Shown here piece by piece: positions 23,643 to 35,752 of a stretch of DNA of 64,000 nt. The stretch is taken from assembly GCA_951406725.2 (NCBI GenBank), contig OX597817.1, positions 47,492,001-47,556,000 of the forward strand, written 5' to 3'. The position numbers were made by a program, and so were the translations under genes. The stretch's first letter is position 1. Each line of letters opens with the position of its first letter. Source of the stretch: Octopus vulgaris. Its lineage: Eukaryota. The notes below the pieces were generated by a model. It was given only the letters and a program-made list of their open reading frames with translations, had not been told where the DNA came from and ran no database searches.

Positions 23643-24877
23643 TTAGGTTGTTTCACATGAAATTTCGTATTTGAAAGGTAACAATAAAATGTTTCAGAAG
23701 TGTTAGAGAACTGATTTATTTAATCAAAGTATGATCCATGTTCATTTATGGTGTTTCGCCAACGTTTTTTTTGTCATATATTCTATCTTTTAAGAAAAAA
23801 ATTCATCTTTTACTGTGATAAACTGTCCGAATGCTTCAGTTACCTTTTCTCTATTTAAGAATGTTTTATTGCTTATGAAAAGCTCCAAATGCTTTAAATA
23901 AGTGATGATCAGTGGGAGAGATATCAGAAGAATAGGGAGGATGTTGCAAAATCTCATAATTCAGGCTTCGCAACTTTTGGACCATAGCTTGAGGAGCATG
24001 AAAACGCGCATTGTCGTGGAGCAAAATTGGGTCATCTCTATTTACTAGTCTGGGTTGCTTCTTTTTCAAATTTTCAAGCATACAATCAATTTCCTGGAAA
24101 TATGATGTTGCTGTTACCGTTTTTCCTTGTTGCAAAAATGAATAACGAATAACTCCCTTCGCAGACCACCATACAATAACCACTAACATTTTAGGATGCA
24201 ATGGTGGGTTTGGGTAGTGTTTAGGTGACTCTCCTGCATCTAATCACTGTCCTATTCTCCTGCTGTTGTCAAAGAGTATCCATTTCTCATCACAAGGAAT
24301 GATTTGATGCAAAAAATGGTCTTTTTTCCAGTCAAGAAAGCAATAAGGAACACACTTCGAGGCATCTGTTTTTTTTTTTAATCGTGTTCAGTTGATGTGG
24401 AACAAACCTATCCATTTTCTTGACTTTTCCAATTTTTTACACATGTCCAAAAACAGTTTTGCGAGATGTTTCAACCTTTATTCTTGGATTTTGTTCAACC
24501 AAAGCATTTAATCCATCATGCCCAAATAACTGATTTTGGCCTAAACCCTTGGTTTATTTTCAAGGCTATCATTTCCTGAATGAGAGCTTTGGAACCATCT
24601 CTGAACAGTTCTGATGTCAACAAAACCATTACCAAAGGCCTGCTTGATATTCCATTGAGCTTCTGCAGCAGTGTGACCCAGTTTTTACTTATATGAGAAA
24701 ATCACTCAACATATTTTGGTTGTTATCATTTTCATAAGGTCTGTAGGTATGAATTTTGTATACCAATATTGTTGGGAAAGAAAACGAGTCAAGATTAAAG
24801 GCAAGGCATACATAATTGAGTTTTTAAATAACTGAAATAACAAGTAATCAAAAATGCAACATTTCATGTGAAACAAC

Positions 24878-24881
<4 letters not shown>
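23643..24881 (-). mobile_element. Full-length decayed mariner transposon
   Basis: TIRs AGGTTGTTTCACATGAAAT at 23645-23663 and the reverse complement at 24861-24879, TA flanks, ~1.24 kb. Transposase motifs ILLHDNARFH, HPPYSSDISPTDHHLF and CDEKWILFDN; frameshifted. Confidence 0.93.
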
Positions 24882-24921
<40 letters not shown>

Positions 24922-25599
24922 CAAAATTTTTAATCTTCGGATTTTTTTAAATATACTAGGCCACTGGTTTAAATCGATTAATATCCACTTCTACCCTTAT
25001 TTAATTTTATATATATATATATATGATCTCAGTAGAAGGCAATGATAATTTAAGGCCAACTTTATTCCACCTAAGTGGATTCTCTTAATGAAGAAGTTAC
25101 AGATGTTTAACATGCTAACAACAGTAGCCAAATCTCCCTCAAATTTATCCCCGCTCTTTCAAAAAACATACATAAATAAAACGAACAAATATATATGATC
25201 ATAATAGAACACAATGGTAACTTAATGCTAACTTTATCCTACCTAAGTCTTTTATAAAACCTCCTTTCATTGAAGATGTTTGTCAATACTTCTTAACACA
25301 GTCAAAGTACCTACTTTTCCAACACTTGCCTCCAAACAGCTAAACAAACTGAGATCAAAGTTCGATATGATTTAAAAGCTCTGAAAATATTTATAATCCA
25401 TCTCACATATGAACTAACCATTTATATGGCACCAATTTCTCTAACTTGGAGCAAATAGTTGTAACTATCAATGGAACAGCCTATTGTTCAAATAATCTAT
25501 AAATGCAGATAATAGAAAGTTATTATCAAACTCAGCAGAACATCCATTGCTTCCATATTTCCCAAAGCTGCAATTGCAGTTCCTAAATCTTTGAAGCTG

Positions 25600-26100
25600 T
25601 TTCTTTCATAGTATAGTCAAAAGAGGAGTAGCAGTGCCAATAACTTTTGTGGGCATTATTAGATTGGTGAGATCAATGGCAAGTTTAGTTCAGTCTGACC
25701 ATCTGAGATTGATGTCAGTTGGAAAAATATGAGCTGATAAGCAATTCCTGGAATCACAGTTCTATGGAGGAAGGATGGATTGATAAAGTTGAGGGTGGGA
25801 GTTGAAACCTGGAAGTGGGGAATGCAGAAATGGTATCTCAAGTGGGCTTTGGTGGAAGAGGTATAGACAGCATAGCACATTTTGTGGTTTGTCAGTGAAT
25901 TAGATGACCTCATTATGATTGTACCCTAAGGACATTTGTACGCATAACAGCAACACCATCCAAGATACATGAGTAGAACCAATTTTGTAGAATTGTCTCC
26001 ATGTATATTCTGAATTTTAGAATAGTTAAACTGTTTCGCAGCACGTTGTATGAGGAAAGGTATGTAACCATAAAATACTGTCCCAAATGTCCCATCCAAA
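25600..26100 (-). pseudogene. Possible highly degraded LINE AP-endonuclease remnant
   Basis: Across frames, DGVAVMRTN, CYAVY and LTNLIMPTKVIGTATPLL resemble the GGVAVYV, CAVYRPP and NLI.EPTR..T.TLLD motifs. Weak. Confidence 0.3.
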
Positions 26101-26634
26101 TTTGCCAACACAGAAAAATGGGTATAAATATAATAATGATGGCAAAAATAATGACAATACCAGTTACTGATCAGAAAGTTCTGGGAAAATCTGATGTCAA
26201 ATAAGTCAGCATCAAATCAGCAATGCCAAATAGGTGGTTTAAGAATGGCTGTACGAAAGTAACTTCTTACTCTAATTAACATATACTGAGCCCTTGTGCC
26301 AGTGGCACATAAAAGCACCCACTACACTCTCGGAGTGCTTGGCATTCGGAAGGGTATCAAGCTGTAGAAACTCTGCCAGATCAGATTGGAGCTTGGTGCA
26401 GCCATCTGGTTCGCCAGTCCTCAGTCAAATCATCCAACCCATGCTAGCATGGAAAGCGGATGTTAAACGGTGATGATGATGGGTTAATATCCAATTTTGC
26501 ATCAAAGCTTAACCCTTTAGCATTCAGATTACTCTGTCGACTGTAATTCTTTTTTTCTTCTTTCAGTCATTTGACTGCGGCCATGCTGCAGCACCACTTT
26601 TAGTCGAACAAATCGACCTGAGGACTTGTTTTCC

Positions 26635-26786
26635 GTACATTATTTATATTATTTACATTTGACGGATATTTGTCCTCATCTTGTTTGTTGTTAACACAAC
26701 ATTTCAACTGATATACCCTCCAGCCATAATCAGGTGTTTTGGGAAAATTTCAAACCTGGGTTCTCATTCCTAAGATATTTTTTCGA

Positions 26787-26821
<35 letters not shown>

Positions 26822-27143
26822 TCACTGCCTGAAATCAAACTCGGAATCCTAGGGTTAGTAGCCCTTGCTCTTAACCACTATGCCATATGCCTATGGGTGG
26901 GGGGGTGGGGGGGAAAAACAGATTCCAGGCAATGACCTGAATAATGATAATAATAATGACATCGAAAAATACTTCAGGAATGAGAACCCAGGTTCGAAAT
27001 TTCCCCAAGACACCTGATGAAGGCTGGAGGGTATATCAGCCGAAATGTTGTGTTAACAACAAACAAGATGAGGACAAATATCCATCAAATGCAAATAATG
27101 TAAATAGTGTACATAATTCCTCATCTCTTAAACATAGAACTGT
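26635..27143. mobile_element. Inverted pair of a tRNA-headed, hammerhead-containing element
   Basis: Minus copy 26635-26891 (tRNA-like head, (AAT)n, body) and plus copy 26921-27143, with the hammerhead at 27009-27054. Homologues at 52345-52665 and 61958-62117. Confidence 0.75.
27009..27054 (+). ncRNA. Minimal type-I hammerhead ribozyme motif
   Basis: GACAC CTGATGA A GGCTG(gagggtatat)CAGCC GAAAT GTT GTGTT. Stem I GACAC/GTGTT, stem II 5 bp. Sister copies give the consensus GAAACGTT. Confidence 0.65.
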
Positions 27144-27434
27144 ATTGTTCTTTGTAAGCCTAGTACTTATTCTATCAGTCACTTTTTGCCAAACCACTAA
27201 GTTACGGGGACGTAAACACACCAATATTAGTTGTCAATTCCGCCGAGGTCGACTTTGCCTTTCATCCTTTCGGGGTCGACAAATTAAGAACCAGTTGCGT
27301 ACTGGGGTCGATGTAATTGACTTAACCCGTTTGTCTGTCCTTGTTTGTCCCCTCTGTGTTTAGCCCCTTGTGGGTAGTTAAGAAATCAATATTAGTTGTC
27401 AAGCAATGGTGGGGGTACAAACACAAACATACAA

Positions 27435-27471
<37 letters not shown>

Positions 27472-29299
27472 CACAATGAGCTTCATTCAGTTTCCATCTA
27501 CCAAATCCATTCACAAGGCTTTGGTTGGCCCGAGGCAACAGTAGAAGACACTTGCCCAAAGTGCCACACAATGGGACTGAACCCAGAACCATGTGGCTGG
27601 GAAGCAAGCTTCTTCCGACACAGCCATTCCTGTTTACTTTATCCACATTATTTTGTATTAATCATGCATTATTCCATAGCTTTCAGAAGTTTTATGATGT
27701 GATTGTTTATTTTTAGAATGACATTGTAGGGTAGGTGTGAGAGGCTGGATCTGGGCATTTTGAACATAAAACAGAATATTCTGGTCACATATGGTCAGTT
27801 TAACCATTTAGTATTCAAAATATTCTACTCGTTTTATGGTCAAACTGGTCAGATCTGACCTTTCTCACCAATCCTACAATATCATTCTAAAAATTAACTA
27901 TTAGCTCATCAAAATCTCAAAGTTACAAAATAATGCACGATTATAAGGCAGCAAGCTGGCAGAAGCGTCAGCGCGCCAGGCGAAATGCTTAGCGGTATTT
28001 CGTCTGCTGTTACGTTCTGAGTTCAAATTCCGCTGAGGTCAACTTTGCTTTTCATCCTTTCGAGGTTGATAAATTAAATACCAGTTACGCACTTGGGTTG
28101 ATGTAATCGACTTAATCCCTTTGTCTGTCCTTGTTTGTTCCCTCTGTGTTTAGCCCCTTGTGGGCAATAAAGAAATAACAAAATAATGCATGATTTGTTG
28201 ATCCATATTGATCTCGTATGTTTCTAAAGGCCAGTGAGATCATGGACACAGACAATTCCTTGTAAAACTGACCAAGCAACAGGAAAAAATCTCAGTCAGT
28301 CTCTCACTGACTTTTGCATTACATATGCAAACCAGTTTGTGTGGCCTTTCTCTTGAATGTAGCAACAAACTACGCTAATCTCCAGTCAAATTTCTCACAT
28401 CATTATTTGCAGTAAATCTCAGAAGTTCAAACATTGCTTCTTTGTTTCCAACCTTCCTGCCTTCACTGCCAACATTTAATGGTTTTAATGGTCTAACTGT
28501 GTCTCACTTTTGGCACACAATTCAACAAAATACCTATTCTTTACATTGAAAAAGGATTAGAAGAACAATAGCCAGTAAATAAATCGCAGACCTCGCTCTA
28601 ATTACAATAACACTAGTTTATTTTGTATTAAACTTCTTAGTGCAGCAGATGTGACTATTATCTCAGATTTAATAGAAGAGAAACACAAGTATCTGAGTTT
28701 TCTTAGAAACTGTCTCAATTATATTTTGTTATCTCTTTTAATGCATTTATCTGAAATCTCCATTAAATTTGCAGTCCTTTACTGAATTGCTTGGCTTGTT
28801 TGCTTACAAATTCAACAATTTAAGCAGATCAATCTTGACATTCTAACTGCCGACGTTGTTAATACTGTAATTATTGCATATTAGATTCATACACACCTTA
28901 TTGACAAAGATTAACCGTACACCCAGAGGATTTTTAATGTTTTGATAACTGACTGTTTCTCTAATACAGAAATGTATATGAGTTACATATAGATTTCATG
29001 TGTAAATACGACACCTCACACTTGCGAAAATAAAGTTGAGATTTTGCCATGTTTATGCTTTTCTCAAGAGCAACAGTGATGAAGATGAAATGAAATAGCT
29101 TCATCCGAGGACTGAAACCAATTTACAAACTCAATCAGCTGGGAGCTTACCTCTGTCACAGGGCAAGTCACCTGTATTATGATAAATATATGAAAACAAA
29201 GGGAACATATCTGCTAGAAGTAACAATATTTGGGGAATTGTTTTTGTTTTTAAGGCATGAAGTTCCCTCTCCCTATCCCTCCCCCAAGATACCTACCTA

Positions 29300-29520
29300 A
29301 ATATTTGGGAAGATGCTACAATGTGGGCCATTCCCAAAAGGGAAATCTCTCCTTCTCCTCTAAACCTGTTAACTGTCATTCTATTGCACTCATTTCGAAC
29401 ACTTCAAAGATGATAGAAACAGCCATTGATAACACTCTTCCCCAACACCTTGAATCTCATTCCTTTCTCAATAACTTCTAATACGGTTTTCACTGCAAAT
29501 ACTAAACCATACCATCACTG
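29300..29520 (+). pseudogene. Degraded CR1/L2/Jockey-type RT N-terminal fragment
   Basis: PVNCHSIALISNTSKMIETAIDNTLPQHLESHSFLNNF*YGF resembles P.NYRPIAL.S..SK..E....L..HLE...L...QYGF. Confidence 0.6.
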
Positions 29521-29745
29521 ACAATACCCTATAACCAATACATCTACTCAATATAGCAAATATTCTTTGGACGTGCTCTAAGATGTTTATATGTGTGCTG
29601 CTTACATACATATCAACCACATCATCATCATTTAACTGGCATGGGTTGGATGGTTTGACCAGAGCTGGCAAGCTGGGGATCTGCACCAGGTTCCAGTCTT
29701 GTTTGTCATGGTTTCTACAGCATTGGCATCGACCATGCTCAAATG

Positions 29746-30220
29746 GTTAGTTAGTTAGTTAGTTAGTTAATTTGGCTCAAAAGCAAATAGCAAGGCCATG
29801 TAGGGGGACATGGAGTTAAGTACAGGGTGGTGTTCATGTAAAGAGTTCAGGCCACTTGAGGTCAAGGGAGGCTTTGAACAAAGCGGTCGTCGGCATCTTC
29901 ACTATCTCGTCTGGCAGCTTGTTCCACGGATCCGCAACCCGGACGGAGAAAGCTCCTCTCCTTCAATTGAGATGAAATCGTCGCAGGTAGAGCTTTTCGG
30001 AATGACCCCGCAGCCGACGCTCTGGAGCAGGAGTGAAGAACAGCTCTTTCGAGAGGTTACACTTTCCGCTTATGATGTTGTGGGCGAGAATGAGATCACC
30101 ACGGCGGCGGCGTTTTTCAAGAGAATAAAGGTCGAGCGTCCTCAGCCTTTCTTCGTAGGACAAATTTTTGAGACCATGAACCATGCGGGTAGCCAGCTTC
30201 TGGACTCTTTCGAGATGCTG
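29746..30220 (-). mobile_element. 5'-truncated CR1-clade LINE 3' end with (TAAC)n tail, inserted in an RTE 3'UTR fragment (29620-30340)
   Basis: LERVQKLATRMVHGLKNLSYEERLRTLDLYSLEKRRRRGDLI...RGHSEKL...FSVRVADPWNKLP...FKASLD. (GTTA)n on the plus strand at 29746-29768. Confidence 0.9.
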
Positions 30221-30849
30221 TATGTGTGCTTTTTACATGCCACCAGCACCAGAGCCAGTCAGGCAGCAGTGACATTGGCCACAACTACGATTTCGCTTGA
30301 CTCAACAGGTCTTCTCAAGCACAACATATTGCCCAATGATTGAAGGGTACTTTTAAATAATATAAGCTGCAGGCACAGCGCTGTGGTTAAGGCATTCACT
30401 TTGCAACCACCTGGCTCCAGGTTCAATCCCATTGTAATTATAATATTACAGTACTATTTTATTTTACCTTTATTATAGTCAATTATTCATGATATATCAG
30501 ATACAGTTTCTTTGTTGCTAAAATTTAAACTTAGGTAGCAACAAATATGTTCATTGTATCCATATATACTCATACAGACAACATACAGAATTGAATTGAA
30601 CTGGATTATACCATATACCAAAAATGCACTCAAATACAAATCTTATAGGTTTTGTTTATGCACTGTACACATATCGAAGCCTGGTATCAACATGGAGATT
30701 ATTCTAAGTCAACTATACAAGTAATTCATTTCAATACAGAATAACTGTGTTTCATGTGTAAGTGACTAACTGGATTACATGGAGAATGACAATATACATA
30801 CGAATAATGTATATAATGATATTATATTTATATATTTGTATGTGCATTA

Positions 30850-30966
<117 letters not shown>

Positions 30967-31149
30967 TACATACATACGTGTATATACATATATATTATAC
31001 ATACATACACAAAAATATATACATATATGCATGTGTACACACAGACACACACACACATGAGAGAGCAGTGAGGAAAGGTGCTTAAAAAGCTAGAATAAAA
31101 TGTTGAAACTAGAAAATGGTAATGCAGACTGTCTTAACATTCTGAAATA

Positions 31150-31830
31150 GCTCCCAAAAAGTATTGAAACTCATGTAATACCAAAACTACCAACCAATGA
31201 CATGTCTTCAAACCATGTATAAAATATTAACATCCAATCATTACTGACTCTACACATATCTTCATGATGGATAACAAGATATTCCCCAGTGAACGGCAAA
31301 GATACAAATGTGGCTTGTATGGGTGTAAAGACCAACTTTTAACCAAGAAAATGATTCTAAAGGACTGCCACAAATGACACAATTTTTACATTGCATGGAC
31401 TATAAAAAAAAAAAAATGTTTGATAATCTGCTCCATGGATGGATTGAGAAATACTTGGAAATATATAAAATCTCTCTGGTTATTGGTAATTTTCTGTCAA
31501 ATAGTATAAAGCTCTGGAAGATAACTCTCTGGATTCAGAGGCAAATACTGTGAACATCTGTGAGATTGATATGAACTGCGGCATTTTTCAAAGTGATGCT
31601 CTATCACCAATTCTCTCTTACATAGCAGTCGTTTCCCCAAGTTAGGTGCTAAATGACATCAGACATGAATACAGAATATATGACAGATCAATCAATCACC
31701 TCCTTTGAGATCAATGATCTGAAGCTTTTCATGAAAGGAGATCAACAACTGGAATGGCTTTTAATTACAGTAAGAGAATTTAGTGGCAATACTGAAGTGG
31801 AGATTGATCTTGATAAAATAACATTCTTGA
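31150..31830 (+). pseudogene. Degraded R4/Dong-like non-LTR retrotransposon RT, copy 1
   Basis: Across frameshifts: NYQPMTCLQTMYKILTS, GCKDQLL..KMIL, DYKK..FD..HGWI, GIFQSDALSPIL, NDLKLF...QQLEWLLITVREFS...IDLDK. Confidence 0.8.
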
Positions 31831-31949
31831 CACAAGGAAAGACAGTGTTAATACAAAAACAAAGGAAAGGCAAGAGAAGTCAGTAATTATAGGCTTATTA
31901 CATGCTTACCATTGCTCTAAAAATTATTAACTGGCCTCATTTTAACTGG

Positions 31950-32592
31950 TGCTCCATCGGTTATGATGACAAGGGTTCCAGTTGATCCAATGAACTGAAC
32001 AGCCTGCTCATGAAATTAAAGAACGAGTGGTTGAGCACTCCATGGATCATGCATATCTTTAAAGTAGTCTCTCGGGGAGATTTATCATGAGACAAAATGT
32101 GATAAGGCTGACCCTTTCAAATACAGGTACTACTCATTTTTGCCAGCTGAGTGTACTGGAGCAACGTGCAATATAGTGTCTTGATCTGAGCTGACATCCC
32201 CTTCGGTCATGACTGACCATGGGATTGCACCTAGAAAGTTACCCTCCGAGGCACAGTCGTCCATGCATACCGGCCTCCCCTCTCCACGCCACCAGTGTTA
32301 TCCAAGGGAAAGACAACAGCCAATACAGCTTGGCACCTGTGACATCGCAACTCATTTCTACAGCTGAGTGAACTGGAGTAACGTGATATAAAGTGTCTTG
32401 CTCAAGAACACAACATGCAGACCGGTCCGGGATTTGAACTCACAACCTCACGATCGCAAGCTCAACGCTCTAACCACTGAGCCATGCACCTTCACAGTGT
32501 CTTGATCAAGGACACAACATTCCACCAGGAATCAAACTCACAATCTTACAACCCTGTGTTAAATACCCTAACCATTAAGCCATGCACCGTCA
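31950..32592 (-). mobile_element. SINE E interrupted by SINE family D (32187-32495)
   Basis: The D copy has head GTGAAGGTGCATGGCTCAGTGGTTAGAGC and GAGTTCAAATCCC. 12-bp TSD AGTGTCTTGATC at 32175-32186 and 32496-32507. Confidence 0.85.
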
Positions 32593-32852
32593 CCAACTGG
32601 CCTCATCGCAGATGAATTATATAAGCTTTCTGGAGAAGAAGAATCTGTAAACAGAGGGAGAAAAAGAATGCATAAAGAAATCACAAGGGAGTGCTGGTCT
32701 ATTGTATATCAATAGCATGATGCCAAGTGAAGTATGAGTAAGAAAGAACTTAGCTGTGGGTTAGAAAGTAGATAATAATAAACCATGTTGTTGGCTAGAA
32801 ATGCTAGAAGTCAATGAGGAAGAGGAGGAGGAGACAACACCACCGCCACCAC

Positions 32853-33320
32853 CATCATCATCATCATCGTTTAACATCCGCTTTCCATGCTAGCATGGGT
32901 TGGACGATATGACTGAGGTCTGGCGAACCAGATGGCTGCACCAGACTCCAGTCTGATCTGGCAGAATTTCTACAGCTGGATGCCTTTCCTAACGCCAACC
33001 ACTCCGAGAGTGTAGTGGGTGCACGAGGGCCAGTTAGATGGTACTGGCAACGGCCACGCTCAAATGGTGTTTTTTATGTGCCACCTACACAGGAGCCAGT
33101 CCAGCAGCACTGGCAACGACCTCCCACGAATGTTTTTTTTTCACATGCCACCAGCACAAGTGCTAGTAAGGCGACGCAAGTTAAGATCACGCTCAAACGG
33201 TGTTTTTAACATGCCATCGGCATGGAGGCCAGCTTGTTGCTCTGGCAACGATCTCACTCGTATGGTACACTTAGCGCTCCACTAGCAACGAATGCCAGTC
33301 ACCGAGTTTGATTTCGATTT
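32853..33320 (-). mobile_element. RTE 3'UTR copy
   Basis: (CAT)n CGTTTAACATCCGCTTTCCATGCTAGCATGGG plus the internal ~60-bp repeats. Confidence 0.85.
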
Positions 33321-33339
33321 TTATATTTTTAGAAGAGAA

Positions 33340-33512
33340 ATTAAAAAAGACATGGAGGGGACAGGTGGAGGGGACAGATTGGGAGGGTTGGCTTGAGGAA
33401 GGAGGACACCCAAAACCGGGTGATATGGTGAGATGGAGTGAGAGTGGCTGCTGTAGGAGTGAGGTATATCCGGCCACCCCTGTTAATGGTGACAAACCCA
33501 GAATGAGATTAT
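33340..33512 (+). mobile_element. 3' end of a different RTE-type LINE
   Basis: KKTWRGQVE..QIGRVGLRKEDTQNRVIW.DGVRV resembles the RTE C-terminal KKTW...V......GL...D..NR..W motif. Confidence 0.55.
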
Positions 33513-34915
33513 GGGAAATTAGGAAGTGTGAAAATATAGAGGGAGATATTTTCAGGTACACTCACTCTCTCTCTCTCCATTATTTTTCATGATTGCATTA
33601 ATTTTTATGATAAGCATATTGAGAAAATCCAGACTTGCCTATGAACCTGCTAAAACCAAGATGAAAATAAATTATCAACTGTATGTAGATAGACAACCTG
33701 AAACTATAAATCAGAATTGGAAAAAATCATGCAGTTTGGGGTGAATAAGTGTGCAGTTCTAATTCTGAAGTAAAATTGAAAGATTAAATATGATGGTATC
33801 ATAGGATTATATCATTAGATCACTGAGAGATAATGAAGAATACATGTCTTCTAGGAGTGCTGCAAGAAGATAAGTTAGTGTGAAAAATAAAAAAATGAAA
33901 GAGAGATTCTAAAGAATACAAGAGAATGATTAGAAAGGTGTTCAAAACAAAACTGAATGGAAGTAATGTCATCAAGTCAATCAATATGTGAGCCATACCT
34001 GTGTTGAAGTATTCTGCATCTCTTCTAAAGTGGATAAAGACAGAACTACAGGAATTAGATAAAAGAACCTGGAGGGTACTTAAAATGCATAATTTATACC
34101 ACCCTTAAGTCATATTGATAGACTTTACAAGAAGGAAAGGAGGCAAGGCGAGATGGCAAAGGTCCAAGATGTCTGGCACCTTGCTGTACTCAAGAAGACC
34201 CATGCCTCCATAGCAGAAGTGTCAAGCCCAATCCCTCTGGTGAAGAGGGTCAGCCTGAAAGGGTTCTATGCCAGTACCATATAAAAGCATTCAGGCAGTG
34301 TCACACAAAAGCACCCAGCACATTCTGTAAAGTGGTTGGTGTTAGGAAGGGCATCCAGCTGTAGAAACCATACCACAACAGACTGCAGCCTGAAGCAGCT
34401 CTGGTCAAACCATCCAACCCATGCCAGCATGGACAATGGACATTAAATGATGATTATGATTATTCCTTCAAATGTAATGCTTATTTATTCATATTATTTT
34501 GAATTAATTATATATTACCACATAGCTTTGAGATTTTGAAAATGTGATTGTTTATTTTTAGAATGACATTGTAGGATAGATGGGAGAGGCCAGATCCGGG
34601 TGGTTTGAATATAAAGCAGGTAGAATATTCGGGCTGGATATGGCCAGTTTAAACACAGATTTGAGAAGTTATGTTGTGCAGAGTGAAGAAAGAATATTAT
34701 CTCCAGCCAGAAATATCCAAAAAGTCACAGAAACAGTGAGAAAATTCAAAAGCAGAAAGATGGACAGGACAAATAGATGCAAAGAGACGGAAGTGAATGA
34801 GCACAGAATGCAGTTGATAGATGGAAGCCCTGAAACAAGAGCTTAAGTGGTAATCACAGTTATATCACAATCATTAAGAGTAAAAAGGGTATTTGCTTAT
34901 AAAAACACCAATTAA

Positions 34916-35131
34916 CCCTTTCGTTACCAACCCAACTGAAACTGGCTCTGTAGTACAAATGTCTTGTTTTCATCAGTTTTGAATTAAAATCTTCCACCAA
35001 ACCTTAGTCAAAATTTATGTTCCTTACACTGGCTGAATGACAACTAAGTTATTTTACTAAATTCTTTGTTATATTTAAAATTAATTAAAAGAAACAGAGA
35101 GCATCTGAAAATAAATACAGTAACAAAGGGG
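34916..35131. mobile_element. piggyBac-type MITE with TTAA TSD
   Basis: TTAA|CCCTTTCGTTAC ... GTAACAAAGGGG|TTAA. Confidence 0.8.
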
Positions 35132-35292
35132 TTAAACCATCAAGGAAGGGAATTTTGTTGGGATTTTTTCTTCACTGAAAAATTGTTGGAAAACAATATT
35201 TTTTCTTGAAAAATAATGAAAGATTTTCAACTTCAAGTGCTCAACTGGTACTTATTTTATTAACCTTGAAAGGATGAAAGGCAAAGTCAACC

Positions 35293-35752
35293 GATATTAA
35301 GCAACTAGAATCCTTCGATCACCTCTATCTATGCCACATCATTCGTGTCCGATGGCATCACTTTCTCTCCAACAATTTGGTGCGACACCAGTGCAGAATC
35401 ACCTCCCTCCGACAAGCCATCCTAACGAGACGTCTGCGTTGGCAGGGTCATGCCCTCCGTCGTCAACCAGGAGAATTCATCTATGAAGCAATTGCCCCAG
35501 CTCCCCTTCAGGGCTGGCGAAAGCGATGTGGTGGGCAATGAAAAACCTGGCTGATAACAGTCAAGACTGATCTGGAACCCAACCTAGGCCCCCATATCTA
35601 CGGCATTCGCCGCTGGAATAAGGAGTGGTTGGAGATCACGTGGTCGTTAGCCTCAAATCACCAGGCCTGGTCAGTGTTTGTGAGAGATGCAGCATTGAGG
35701 ATGAATGAAGCCAGCTCAAGCCACCCCGGGTGAATGCTGTCTCAAGTCAAGT
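35293..35752 (+). mobile_element. 5'-truncated RTE-type LINE (SR2-like C-terminus) with (CAAGT)n tail, inserted in a SINE B
   Basis: LESFDHLYL.HIIRVRW...RRLRWQGHALRR...GWRKRCGGQ*KTWL.TVK.DLE. TSD CAAAGTCRACC at 35282-35292 and 35753-35763. Confidence 0.85.

Larger units (their letters stand above)
26510..28200. mobile_element. Pair of TTAA-type (piggyBac-like) MITEs hosting nested SINEs
   Basis: TTAACCCTTTAGCATTC start at ~26510; the body resumes at ~27631-27803; an inverted second copy starts at ~27800 and is interrupted by SINE B (27948-28178). Related pieces at 34470-34655 and 61905-62300. Confidence 0.65.
32620..34860 (+). pseudogene. Degraded R4/Dong-like RT, copy 2, split by four later insertions
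   Basis: ECIKKSQG..LLYINSMM..RKNLAVG (32650-32815); IFQ..SLSPLFFMIALI, QFGVNKC, EYKRMIRKVFKTKLNGSNVIKSIN.AIPVLKYSA...ELQELDKRT..LKMH..HP.SHIDRLY (33510-34145); DLRSYVVQSEERIL (34657-34850). Confidence 0.75.
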
